Below, in pieces: positions 54,174-64,000 of a stretch of 64,000 nt of DNA. The notes below the pieces were generated by a model that did no database searches, was not told the origin of the DNA, and saw only the letters and a list, made by a program, of their open reading frames with translations. A program made the position numbers and the translations under genes. Where the stretch lies: assembly GCF_006345805.1 (NCBI RefSeq), contig NC_042998.1, positions 95,914,001-95,978,000 of the forward strand. The letters run 5' to 3'. Numbering within the stretch: position 1 is the first letter of the stretch; every line of letters begins with the position of its first letter. This DNA is from Octopus sinensis (taxonomy: Eukaryota).

Positions 54174-55287
54174 TCTATATATCTAATATATAAAATAGAG
54201 ATGTATGTGTATTCACTTTTCACACAAAAATGGCTTAACTAATTGCTTCCATACTTGTGATGCATGAATAATTTGACCCTGGACATGTTAGGCTCTCCAT
54301 TTGTTTTTTTTAATTAAAAATAGAAAATATTGCTTTTTATATTAGAATCACGTTTTTGAAAGTTATATTTACTTCCTGTTTTCTAGCCTCAGTGACATAG
54401 CAACAACATGTATGTATTCAATACACTGCTGAATATTTACATTTCAACTACATGTACTTAATTTCAGTCATATTGCTGTATTTTGGGGGGGGGGCTCCTG
54501 GGGAAAATACATGAACGTCACAGCTTATATATTTCTTTTTTGAAAATCTTACTCTTTACCTTCCTTATAAAAACATTTCATGTGTGTGTGTGTGTGTATG
54601 TGTTCGCATCGTAAATAAAGGAACATTAAAATTTTTAAGAACTATATTTTTGTGCTTCTTCAAAGGATTTCTGTTACTAAAAGAAACAACTAAAGTGTCC
54701 CACAATAATTTCTAGACCCAATTTTAATTTCAGTTTTAGTACAGTAAACGGCAAGTTACTGTTGACTTATAAACACAGGATATATCACACTCACACACAA
54801 ATCTATCTCTTTATCTATCTTTCTATATCTATCTTATTTGCCTAACTAGCTAGCTCTCTCTCTCTCCTCCCCTCTCTCTATATCTCACTTACTCTATATT
54901 GTTTTCACTTTCATTTTTCAGACACTATTGCTTTCACTTTAAATTTTCAGATGTCATTGCTTCACTTAAAGTTCAATCGCTATTGTTTTCACTGTAGGTT
55001 TTCAATTGCTATTTACAAACAAGAACAACAAATTACTGACAGAAAGAAGTTCACAATTACTGATGAAAGTAATTTAATAATTTACTGACAGAAGTAACTT
55101 CATAAATTTTTATTTCAATTCATACACTGTTAAATTTGCCTACCAATTTCTTATTTACTTTTGCAACAGTTTTGTTTTTCTGTTGTTAACGGTTTTTTTG
55201 TGGTTCTTTTGATACTGGCTCTTTGATTCACCGAATGACAAATTTTGCTTCAACCCGAAACCGGGCAATGCTAGGTAATCCTGCTAG
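54174..55287 (+). mobile_element. Non-autonomous Helitron
   Basis: A|TCTATATATCTAATATATAAAAT start; degenerate ccgggcaatgctaggt hairpin; CTAG|T end. Confidence 0.72.
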
Positions 55288-55500
55288 TATATAAGTGATG
55301 TCCTTGCTATCACTAACCATTATTAGTTTTTCAAGGGATTTTTTAATCCACAAGTCTTTGAGAGCAAAGTGCTATAGGATTATTTATTGACAGGGACATG
55401 ACAAGGTACTTCACCACTTGTGAAGCCTTTTCTCAAAGTACACAGAATATAAATATTCAGAGACACAAGCATGCACATACATACACTCCATGCACACATA

Positions 55501-55865
55501 TCTCTCTCTATATAAACGGCAAAATGTCTGTGTGTATGTCCTTTATACAAATCCACAATTTTTCAGTTAGAGGGCTCACACTTTCTATGGTCATTCAAAA
55601 CCGTCCAAGGGTGGTCGTGCACATCTTTACATTTCCCCAGTCACCTGGCAAAGCCATTAAAAAATCAATAGAAGTGACTTTTTTGTGAATTTTCTATCCA
55701 AAACCCAATCAAAATGCCCAAAACTTGATATGCCAATTGAATGCCAGCTAGCTGTATGTGATAGGTCAGAGATTTGGACAGTACTTGCGTGTATGTGTGC
55801 ACGCACGCAGCTGTATATGCGTGCACTAAGCACTATGACATGGCGTTGCCGTGTCATAGTGCTAG
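55501..55865 (+). mobile_element. Short non-autonomous Helitron-like element (365 bp)
   Basis: A|TC start; 15-bp hairpin 55830-55862 running into CTAG|T. Confidence 0.72.
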
Positions 55866-57312
55866 TCTTATATAATTTGCCACCCTGTGGTTTGGAGTTC
55901 AGATCCACAATGCAGCACCTTCGACAAATGTCCTACTTTAAACTCAGGTTAACTAATGCCTTGTGTGTGAGTTTGGTAATGGAAACTGTATGGAAGTTCA
56001 CCATGTGTGTGTGTCCACCACTACGTAACAATTTAGCATATGAAACTGATAGAATAAGTAGTAGACTGAAAAAAAAAAAAAGTACTTGGAGTTGACTTGT
56101 TTGACCAAACCCTTCAAGATAGTACCCCGACATACCAGCAGTTAGATGACTGAAACAAGTAAAAGATAAAAGATATTTCATCTAACAGGCCTTGCACAGT
56201 TTCTGTCCACAAGTTTGCTTGGAAAATATTAGTTGGCCAAGGCTACACTAGAAGACACACATCCAAAGTACCACTTAAAACACTTTCTGACTCAGAATAT
56301 ATCAAGATAATTCAACACTGAAGTTTATTTTTTGCTTTCTCAGCTTTCAGGAAATGTCAAAATATCAAGAAAGGTGTTGTTGTCTGAACAAAACTTTAAA
56401 GTTTTCACTATTAAGAAAACTCATCTAAACATAATCTGTCCTTCTTGTCTATAGCGCTAAACCACCTAAATGTCTTCTTTTAATTTGGCTCAATATATAT
56501 AATATCTCTAACCTTATCTATAATTATCATATTACATCAAAGAAAGATTCTGCAAGTATATAACATTAGATAACATGATTTTGTCTTCATAATTTAATAG
56601 CTACTGTCTTGTAATTATAGCTTCTTCTTAGGTTTCAGATTATTAGATTTTTCAGAACAATGTCTAGTTATGATATGAACTTAAAATGATGTATTGCCTA
56701 CTTTGACAGTTCTTTATATATCATCTTCATTCATCATCATCGTGTGACCCAGGCAAGCACTTTTCCATGCATGTCTGGGTCAAATGGAATTTGTTGAAGT
56801 AGACTTTTTATGGCATTTATTAATCCTAAGCTATCTTCAAGCAAGGTACTATGTCCCATAGCAGGACATGTTTCCATGTTAACTTGGAAATGAAGAACAT
56901 TATTTGAATGTCAATGACGTTCATTTAGAACTATCATACAATGTCAAGACAAGGAATCACAAAGACAGACACACATTTTAATTTTAAGATTTCACTTAGG
57001 AATAGCAATACTAATAACCTGGCGTTAGAACTCAATGTTGAGTACAGAGCATAATATGCGGGTGTCAGGTTAAATGCACCTGTGCTGGTGGCACATAAAA
57101 AAACACGCACTACACTCTTGGAGTGGCTGGCATTAGAAAGGGCATCCAGCCATACAGTAGAAACCTTGCAAAATCAGATCAGAACCTGGTGCAGCATCCC
57201 AGCCTACCAGTTTTCAGTCAAACCATCCAACTCATGCCAGCATGGAAAACGAACGTTAAATGATGATGATAAATAAATGAGAAGGGAACAGAAATTATGT
57301 AATCAAATTCAC

Positions 57313-57431
57313 TAGCTTACAGTTGTTTCTGTTATAAGATACAGTGCACTCAGACACAATGTTATAAGGTGATGTACACGTACTCAGCTGTGAGTGCAAC
57401 TGCATCTTATAGCAGAAACAGCTGTAAGCTA
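57313..57431. repeat. Hairpin, ~40-bp arms, 38-nt loop
   Basis: Three transitions and one indel between the arms. Confidence 0.85.
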
Positions 57432-57496
57432 CTAAAGTCAATTGCATAATTCCTGTCCTCTTGTCATTTAATTTCATATAAATAAATATATATATA

Positions 57497-57800
57497 TCAC
57501 CGTGACCGACCAGGCTATCAGATGTTCTACACATCACTGGTCACTATGCGCTTTGCATTGTTTCAGCCTTCAAGTGACGCCACCCCGCTGGCTAAGCAAG
57601 CAGGCTAACAGAAGAAAGAGCGAGAGAAAGTTGTGGCAAAAGAGTACAGCAGGGATCGCCACCACCCCCTGCGGGAGCCTCGTGGAGCTTTCAGGTGTTT
57701 TCGCTCAATAAACATTCACAAAGCTTGTCTGGGAATCGAAACCGCGATCCTACAACTGCGAGTTCACTGCCCTAACCACTGGGCCATTGCACCGCCACAC
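57497..57800 (-). mobile_element. SINE family B, full length, tail type 2
   Basis: tRNA-like head at 57740-57800; tail matches 8340-8456. Confidence 0.85.
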
Positions 57801-60439
57801 ACACACACACATATATATACTCTATACACACATGAGTGAGTCAATAACCAAGACCTTTGGCATTATGTTGTGCTTGAGAAGAAGACCCATCAAGCCAAGC
57901 AAAATCACAGTCATGGCAGATACCAGTGTCACACAAATTGGCACCCATACCAAATCAGACTGGATCCTGGCACAGCCTTCCAGTGTGCCAGCCCAGCCAA
58001 ATCATCTAACCTATACCAGCATTGACAACAGATGTTAAATGATGATGATGATATACACACACGCACATGCAAGAGATATATATATATATATATATATAAA
58101 TGCATGCACAATATGCTTATACCTTACTTAGATATAATGCATAACACATATATACACTACATACAAGGGACCTTCTAAGTGGTTGCTCAGCCTACTAGAA
58201 ATAGCTGCAAAATCTCTTTCAACCCATACTCTGCTGTGTTGAGTAAGGCAGAAACACATTGGATAATGTGATCTTGGGCATACCCAGAAATGATAAAGTT
58301 GATCACAGTTGGTCAGTCTTTGATCATAGGTCCACTCTATTATGGCTTACCTGGTGCTGAACAATGTTTTAGTAATTCTGTTACAGTTAGTCCTAGAAAT
58401 GCCCCTTCAAATATTAAATATCACAACAAATAATATAAAGAAAGTAATAATAATAAAAGGAGCTGTCATACAAATTGTATAATCTGTAGTTACTACAAAT
58501 AACACAATTCAGCTGACTCATCTCAAAATTATTACTGAATATAAAGAAAATGACTTGTCAAAATCTATTTTAATATGTCTTTTTTGTCTTTTTGTCGCTA
58601 AGTCAAGAGAAATGGCAGCATTGATAACCTTTTAAGATCTTTTAAGACTGGTAAGAAGGAGGAATGTATCCTCAAACTGGAAACCTTACCAGAATGCTTA
58701 TGACAGAGTAGATTCTACTGAAAATAACCACAAACTTGGTGGTGGTAATGTTAAACTGAGAAAGAGTTCAAACCTTTGACATTCAGGTTACTCTGTCAAA
58801 TGCAAGGCTTATTTAATCATTTTGTTTGAATTAATCACACATTATCTTGTAGTTTCATAGAGGCACATGGCTTAGTGGTTAGGGTGTCAGCACCATGATC
58901 ATAAGTTTGTGGTTTCGATTCCTGGACCAGGCGACGCGTTGTATTTTTGAGCAAAACACTTCATTTTCATGTTGTTCCAGTCCACTCAGCTAGCAAAAAT
59001 GAATAACGCTGCGATGGACTGGCATCCCGTCCAGCTAGAGAACACATACACATACGCTAACCTTGGCAGAAACTGAATTCAAAATGCAGATAGCTTGCTT
59101 AAATCAAAAGAGACATTTTGGATGATGTTTTAATGACTGTTAATCCATCATGTTTTTTGCATGTGTCACACAATTAAAAAAAAATTTAACAATTACATTC
59201 TCTAGAAAATTTATTGTCAGTTCTAGCTAGTTATGAGTAATCCATCATGTATAATTGAGTTAGAGTAAAAAAGCACATTATGACATTTGGTATTAAAAAT
59301 AATAATACGAAAAGAAAAAAAAAGAAAAAAGACCCAGAAAAATGCTAATGTTTCTTGAAAGCAAAATAAAAGCAAACAAGAATATGAATTAAATTAAATC
59401 ATAAAGTTATTTAAAGTAAAATTGAGAATTCTTCAAAAAGCTTGAAAAAAAAAATTGTAAAAACTATAGAAAACTATAAAAAAAAAATTTAATCAATCTG
59501 TAGCTAAAGGGTTTGTAATACTAAACCTGGAAATAAGTGCCCCTTTCACATGCAAAAAAAAAAAAAAAAAAATCACTAGAGCAACATCAGTTATATCTCA
59601 GGCATTAGAAACAAAGATAGAATAACAACTGACATGCTAAATTATGCATAGATCACTCCCAACCATCAATAAGCAAATACCATATTCAACAGTGGTTTTG
59701 AATTGTTGTTTTTTTTTTTTGTAATCTTGTTTACATTATTTTCTTTATTAATGAACATGCAAAGATAGTTGATTTATTTTCCACTCTGAATATCATATAT
59801 CTCGTAAGAAAGACAGCATTAAAATGGTAATATATTGTTGCATAATGTTTGTTTGTTTCCTATATGTCCACATCAATACTGTCGTTGTCTAGCTTAACTC
59901 TTTGTATCAATATCTGCAGAATATTTACTAATAAATTTATTTCATATAATGACATTAGAAAGCAATTTCTTTTCTCTTTTACTTTATTGTGAAAAATAAT
60001 CCAAGATTATAAAAACTGTCGACAAATAGGGTAGATGGGGGAAAAAAGGTATCGTGCATACTTAAAAAGAAAATTCAATCCTCTTTTGTAGATAGTAATA
60101 GTACTTAAGCTTGTCATTGTTAAAAGAGCAGGTAACACTGTAACAAAATTAATTGCTTGATCATTTAAGGTGATGAGCTGGCAAAATTGTTAGCACACTG
60201 GACAAGATACCAAGTAGCATTTTATCTGCATTTACATTCCAAATTCAAATTCTGATGAGGTCGACTTTGTCTTTCAGGGTCAATAAAATGAGTGTCAGCT
60301 GAGCCCTGGGGGGTCAATGTAATCAACTATACCCCTCCTGGAAAATTTCAGGCTTTGTGTCTATAGTTGAAAGGAATATTATGAGGCTGAGTAAAAAGTA
60401 AGTAACGTTTTAAAACATGAAATTCATCACAATATATTT

Positions 60440-60740
60440 CAACAACACGGAAATTTTATTCATCAAAGTAAGTATTCCAGTAACATAAAAATCTGGCGTT
60501 CTGGAGCTGATGAACTCTTTGAATGCACTTTCAACATCAGCTTGATTTTTGAACTCCTTCTCTCACAGGAAACCATCAAGGTGCTTGAAAAAGTGTTAAT
60601 CGGTAGGAGAAAGTTCTGGGGAATAAGCTGGGTGGGGAAAAAATTCATAGCCAAGTTTCCTCAATTTCTGAAGCATCATTAGTGGAATGTGTGGTTGAGC
60701 ATTGTCATGAAGAATGATTGGCCCACTTCTGTTGACCAGT
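60440..60740 (-). mobile_element. Mariner (DD34D) transposase C-terminal pseudogene fragment
   Basis: GPIILHDNAQPH..GYEFFPHPAYSPELSPTD*HFFKHLDGFL*EKEF; 34 residues D-to-D, two stops. Confidence 0.92.
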
Positions 60741-60777
60741 CTGGGACAGAGGTTAGGATGTTGTTGTATTCGTATGC

Positions 60778-61158
60778 AGGAGCACCACCTTTAGCTGACC
60801 AAATCAACCCCAGGACTTATTCTTTGTAAGCCTAGTACTTATTCTATCGGTCTCTTTTTGCTGAACCGATAAGTTATGGGGACATAAACACACCAGCATC
60901 AGTTGTCAAGCGATGTTGGAGGGACAAACAGACACACAAAAACATATACACACACATACATACATATATATATATATATACATACACACACACAAAATGG
61001 GCTTCTTTCAGTTTCCATCTACCAAATCCACTCACAAGGCTTTGGTCGACCCGAGGCTATAGTAGAAGACACTTGCCCAAGGTGCCATGCAGTGGGACTG
61101 AACCTGGAACCATGTGGTTTGTAAGCAAGCTACTTAGCACACAGCTACTCCTATGCCT
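60778..61158 (-). mobile_element. SINE family A, near full length
   Basis: Family match. Confidence 0.88.
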
Positions 61159-61759
61159 GACTTCTTGCATAAGTTAGAACTGAATTTGGTTTCATTTCTA
61201 AGAAGTACCATTACATTATTTAGTCTGGAAGCTATTTAGTAATGGTTACTACTGTGAGAGCAAAAGGCATGAAGTATTTAGAAATATAAGGTAGCATGTA
61301 AGAAATATAAATCAAGATATTAATGGAAAGAAATGTACCTAATGCAATTCATCTTCAAAATGCCTGGATGAAAGATTGACAAAACAACTAAATTTAGATT
61401 ATATATACAATCTGTATATCATACTTAAAGCATATAAACTGATGAAAGCCTTCTAAAGCTGCAGTGTTTGTCTCAAGAAAGCATCTTATTAGATATATAG
61501 TGTTACAAGACACAGAAATGTTTTTAACATTATACCTCAGTAACAGATGCTTTATCAAGGTGAATATTGTAGTTTAGAAGGATTTCAACGATATCTATGC
61601 TTTTATGATATACAGATCACTAATTTGAATTAATACTGATCTGTCGCTTATCACAAATGTCATATATAAACGTACACATATGCAGAAAGAGAGAGTGAGA
61701 GAGAGAGAGAGACTGGGAAGTAAGTCTCTGTACAATAAACATAGGAATGTAAAGAAATT

Positions 61760-62290
61760 TCAAAAAATTAAGTTGGTAAAAATGTGAGTCCAATAGATAT
61801 TATTGCTGTGATGCTATAATCTGCAGGATAGTTAGGCACTACATTACGCAACTAGACAGCCAATACAATTGTGCAGGATGGTACAATTTTCAACAACTAT
61901 AGAGAAAAAGTTGATGCATTTAAAAATTAATTATAGAATTTCAAAGAGTTATTGCAAATTTATAAAGGTATGGGTGAATCTGGATGATGTAATTTTGAAT
62001 GCATTCCAGGCAATGCTATTTCTAGTGAGACAAAGACAAAAGTAGTCAACAAAAGTAAAATAGAATTGTCTGTTCTTTGCTGGGAGAAATTAAAAGACTA
62101 TTGCAATAAAGAATTTAATCATTTGTAGGGAATGAGAATGCCTGCAGTGGAAGAATTGCATATAAAGATCATTGAAATGATGTGTAAGCATTCGGAAAGT
62201 GAGGTGGTGGCTGGTAATGGATATAGTGAGGAATTTAGTATACAGCTAAGCATTCACCCTGTTTTTGTCCTGTACTCTTCAATTCATTAC
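61760..62290 (+). mobile_element. Very degenerate RTE reverse-transcriptase fragment
   Basis: MRMPAVEELHIKIIEMMCKHSESEVVAGNGYSEEFSIQLSIHP resembles RTE RT (MRKLGVEEW..VRVGNEYSEEF..GVHQ). Confidence 0.6.
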
Positions 62291-62455
62291 AGATCAAGAA
62301 CCCATTACAAAACAGTTCAAGAACTGATTGCCTTTGAAAACTTCTGTGTATTGACAACTTTTAGTCACAGCAAAATCTCTCGAAAATATGCTGAGAAAGT
62401 TTGAAACCTGGGAAAATAGAGTCAAAACAAAGGATGAAGTTAATATAACAAAGAA

Positions 62456-62635
62456 TATAAATGGATGCTGAAAAGGTCCAACTGTCTGAGTTCTTTTACA
62501 GGGCTTAGAAAAACTGAAGGACTGTTGCAAAAAGTGTGTGAACCTGAGAGGGGAATGTGTTAAATAAAATCAATTAATTGATCCTCCTGTATTTTCTTTT
62601 ACCAAAAGCCAAGAACTTTTCAGTACCAACTCATA
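62456..62635 (+). mobile_element. Mariner-derived MITE, degenerate copy
   Basis: Reverse-complement homolog of 63291-63511. Confidence 0.78.
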
Positions 62636-63290
62636 GTATGGAACTTAGCAGCAGATGCCACAGCATTATGGTAGCAACAGGGAATGTAAGAGAGATGTAA
62701 ATGGGAGAATTCAGTGCTGTGTAGACAATAAAATAAATGAGTCCATATGAATTGCAGTCAGACCTCTGGTGGACTGACTTTAGGTGCATAAGCTACATTG
62801 GGTAACTATTGGTTGAGAGATTTCAGGATGGTTTTTGTTAAAGGTAATAAGTAATTTCTTTTATCTTGACATCATACTTCACCCTTTAGCATTCAGATTA
62901 CAAAATTTTGATGATGTGGTTGTTTCTTTTGTTTGTTTTTTTTTTTTTTTGTAGAATAACATTGTAGAGAAGGAGTGAGAGGTCAGATCTGGCCAATTTG
63001 AACATAAAACAAGTAGAATATTTGGGGCAGATATGGCTGGTTTAAATGCTGAAGAGTGAATGCAGAAAGCCAGATAAAAAGTAACATTAGTTGAAAGTTA
63101 GGAGGCAGAAATTCTATCCATTCTGAAAATTCTAAATATAGAAAAGGTTTCTTGTTTTGAGGGCCAAGCTGTATGACAGAGAATCTAATCCTCAATGGAA
63201 ATGAGAATGGGTAATATCTGAAGGCGTTGAGTAACTAGGGAAGAATGAAATACATATGGTTTGGTAGATGTGCAAAGGTAATCTGCAATA

Positions 63291-63511
63291 TACGAGGGGA
63301 TGCTGAAAAGTTGCTGGTTTTGGGTGAAAGAAAATACAGGAGGATCAGCTAATTCTGATTGTATTCAACATACTTCCCTCTCAGATTCACACACTTATTG
63401 CAGTGGTCCTTCAGATTTTCTGAGCCCTGTAAAAGAACTCAGAATGTTGGGCCTCCAACCAGGCCTTTTGCAATACACTTAAAGCCAGGAACTTTTCAGC
63501 ACCCACTCATA
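63291..63511 (-). mobile_element. Mariner-derived MITE (221 bp)
   Basis: TA-CGAGGGGATGCTGAAAAGTT / AACTTTTCAGCACCCACTCA-TA TIRs; retains a transposase C-terminus (LQGSENLKDHCNKCVNLRGKYVE). Confidence 0.85.
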
Positions 63512-64000
63512 ATTTGATACATGGGCAGCCATAGCACAGTAATGTGCAACAAAGTTATCTGCAGTGCAAAAAAGTAGACTAAGAATACAATTCACTATTA
63601 ATAGTAGCAACATAAATATGATGAAAGGTAAACTTATGCTAGTTTAGGCATGTGATTCAAATAGAGGATGAAAGTTAACTGTAAAGGAAAAAAAAAAAAG
63701 CCATGCATGAAGAGGTCAAGGAAGAGCAGTGAAGAAACAATCATATTTCACTCATTCCAAAGAAGAGCATTAGTATGATTGATAAAGAAGAAATGGTAAA
63801 ACTTTTCCCAGAAAACTAATTGCTTCTTAATGAAAAAATATTTTTTCTCAGCAGCATTTAGAAAACATTTATTGGATTCATTTTAAAACCATGGGAAATT
63901 CACAACATTAATCAATTATGAATACTAGCAAGCCTACCCATCTACAATGGGAAATGAAAGAAGGGTGGGAAATAATCTTTTCTACTCTAGGCACAAGGCC

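Overview
Eukaryotic, strongly AT-rich, microsatellite- and repeat-dense genomic DNA. The SINE families and low-complexity background look like a coleoid cephalopod (Octopus); this is recognition from memory, not a database result. The only host gene I can support is a quiescin sulfhydryl oxidase (QSOX) on the minus strand. Nine GT-AG exons (53071 down to the stop at 22375) splice in frame into 589 codons including the stop. They cover the end of Trx1, Trx2, the helix-rich region, the ERV/ALR domain (CEEC and CSTC motifs) and a C-terminal transmembrane helix. The first coding exon (signal peptide and Trx1 CxxC) was not found and probably lies beyond 64000. The rest is transposon debris: four tRNA-headed SINE families (called A-D here), RTE- and CR1-type LINE fragments, DD34D mariner relics and MITEs, hAT and piggyBac MITEs, non-autonomous Helitrons and Penelope-like (PLE) remnants. 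The most unusual signal is a set of type I hammerhead-ribozyme motifs (one nearly complete, at 2473-2531) together with many short-spacer fold-back palindromes and template-switch rearrangements, which points to a PLE/retrozyme-like lineage. Two inverted full-length SINEs also bracket one QSOX intron 55-60 nt from each splice site. Repeat boundaries are approximate unless a TSD or TIR is quoted; identities were counted by eye.
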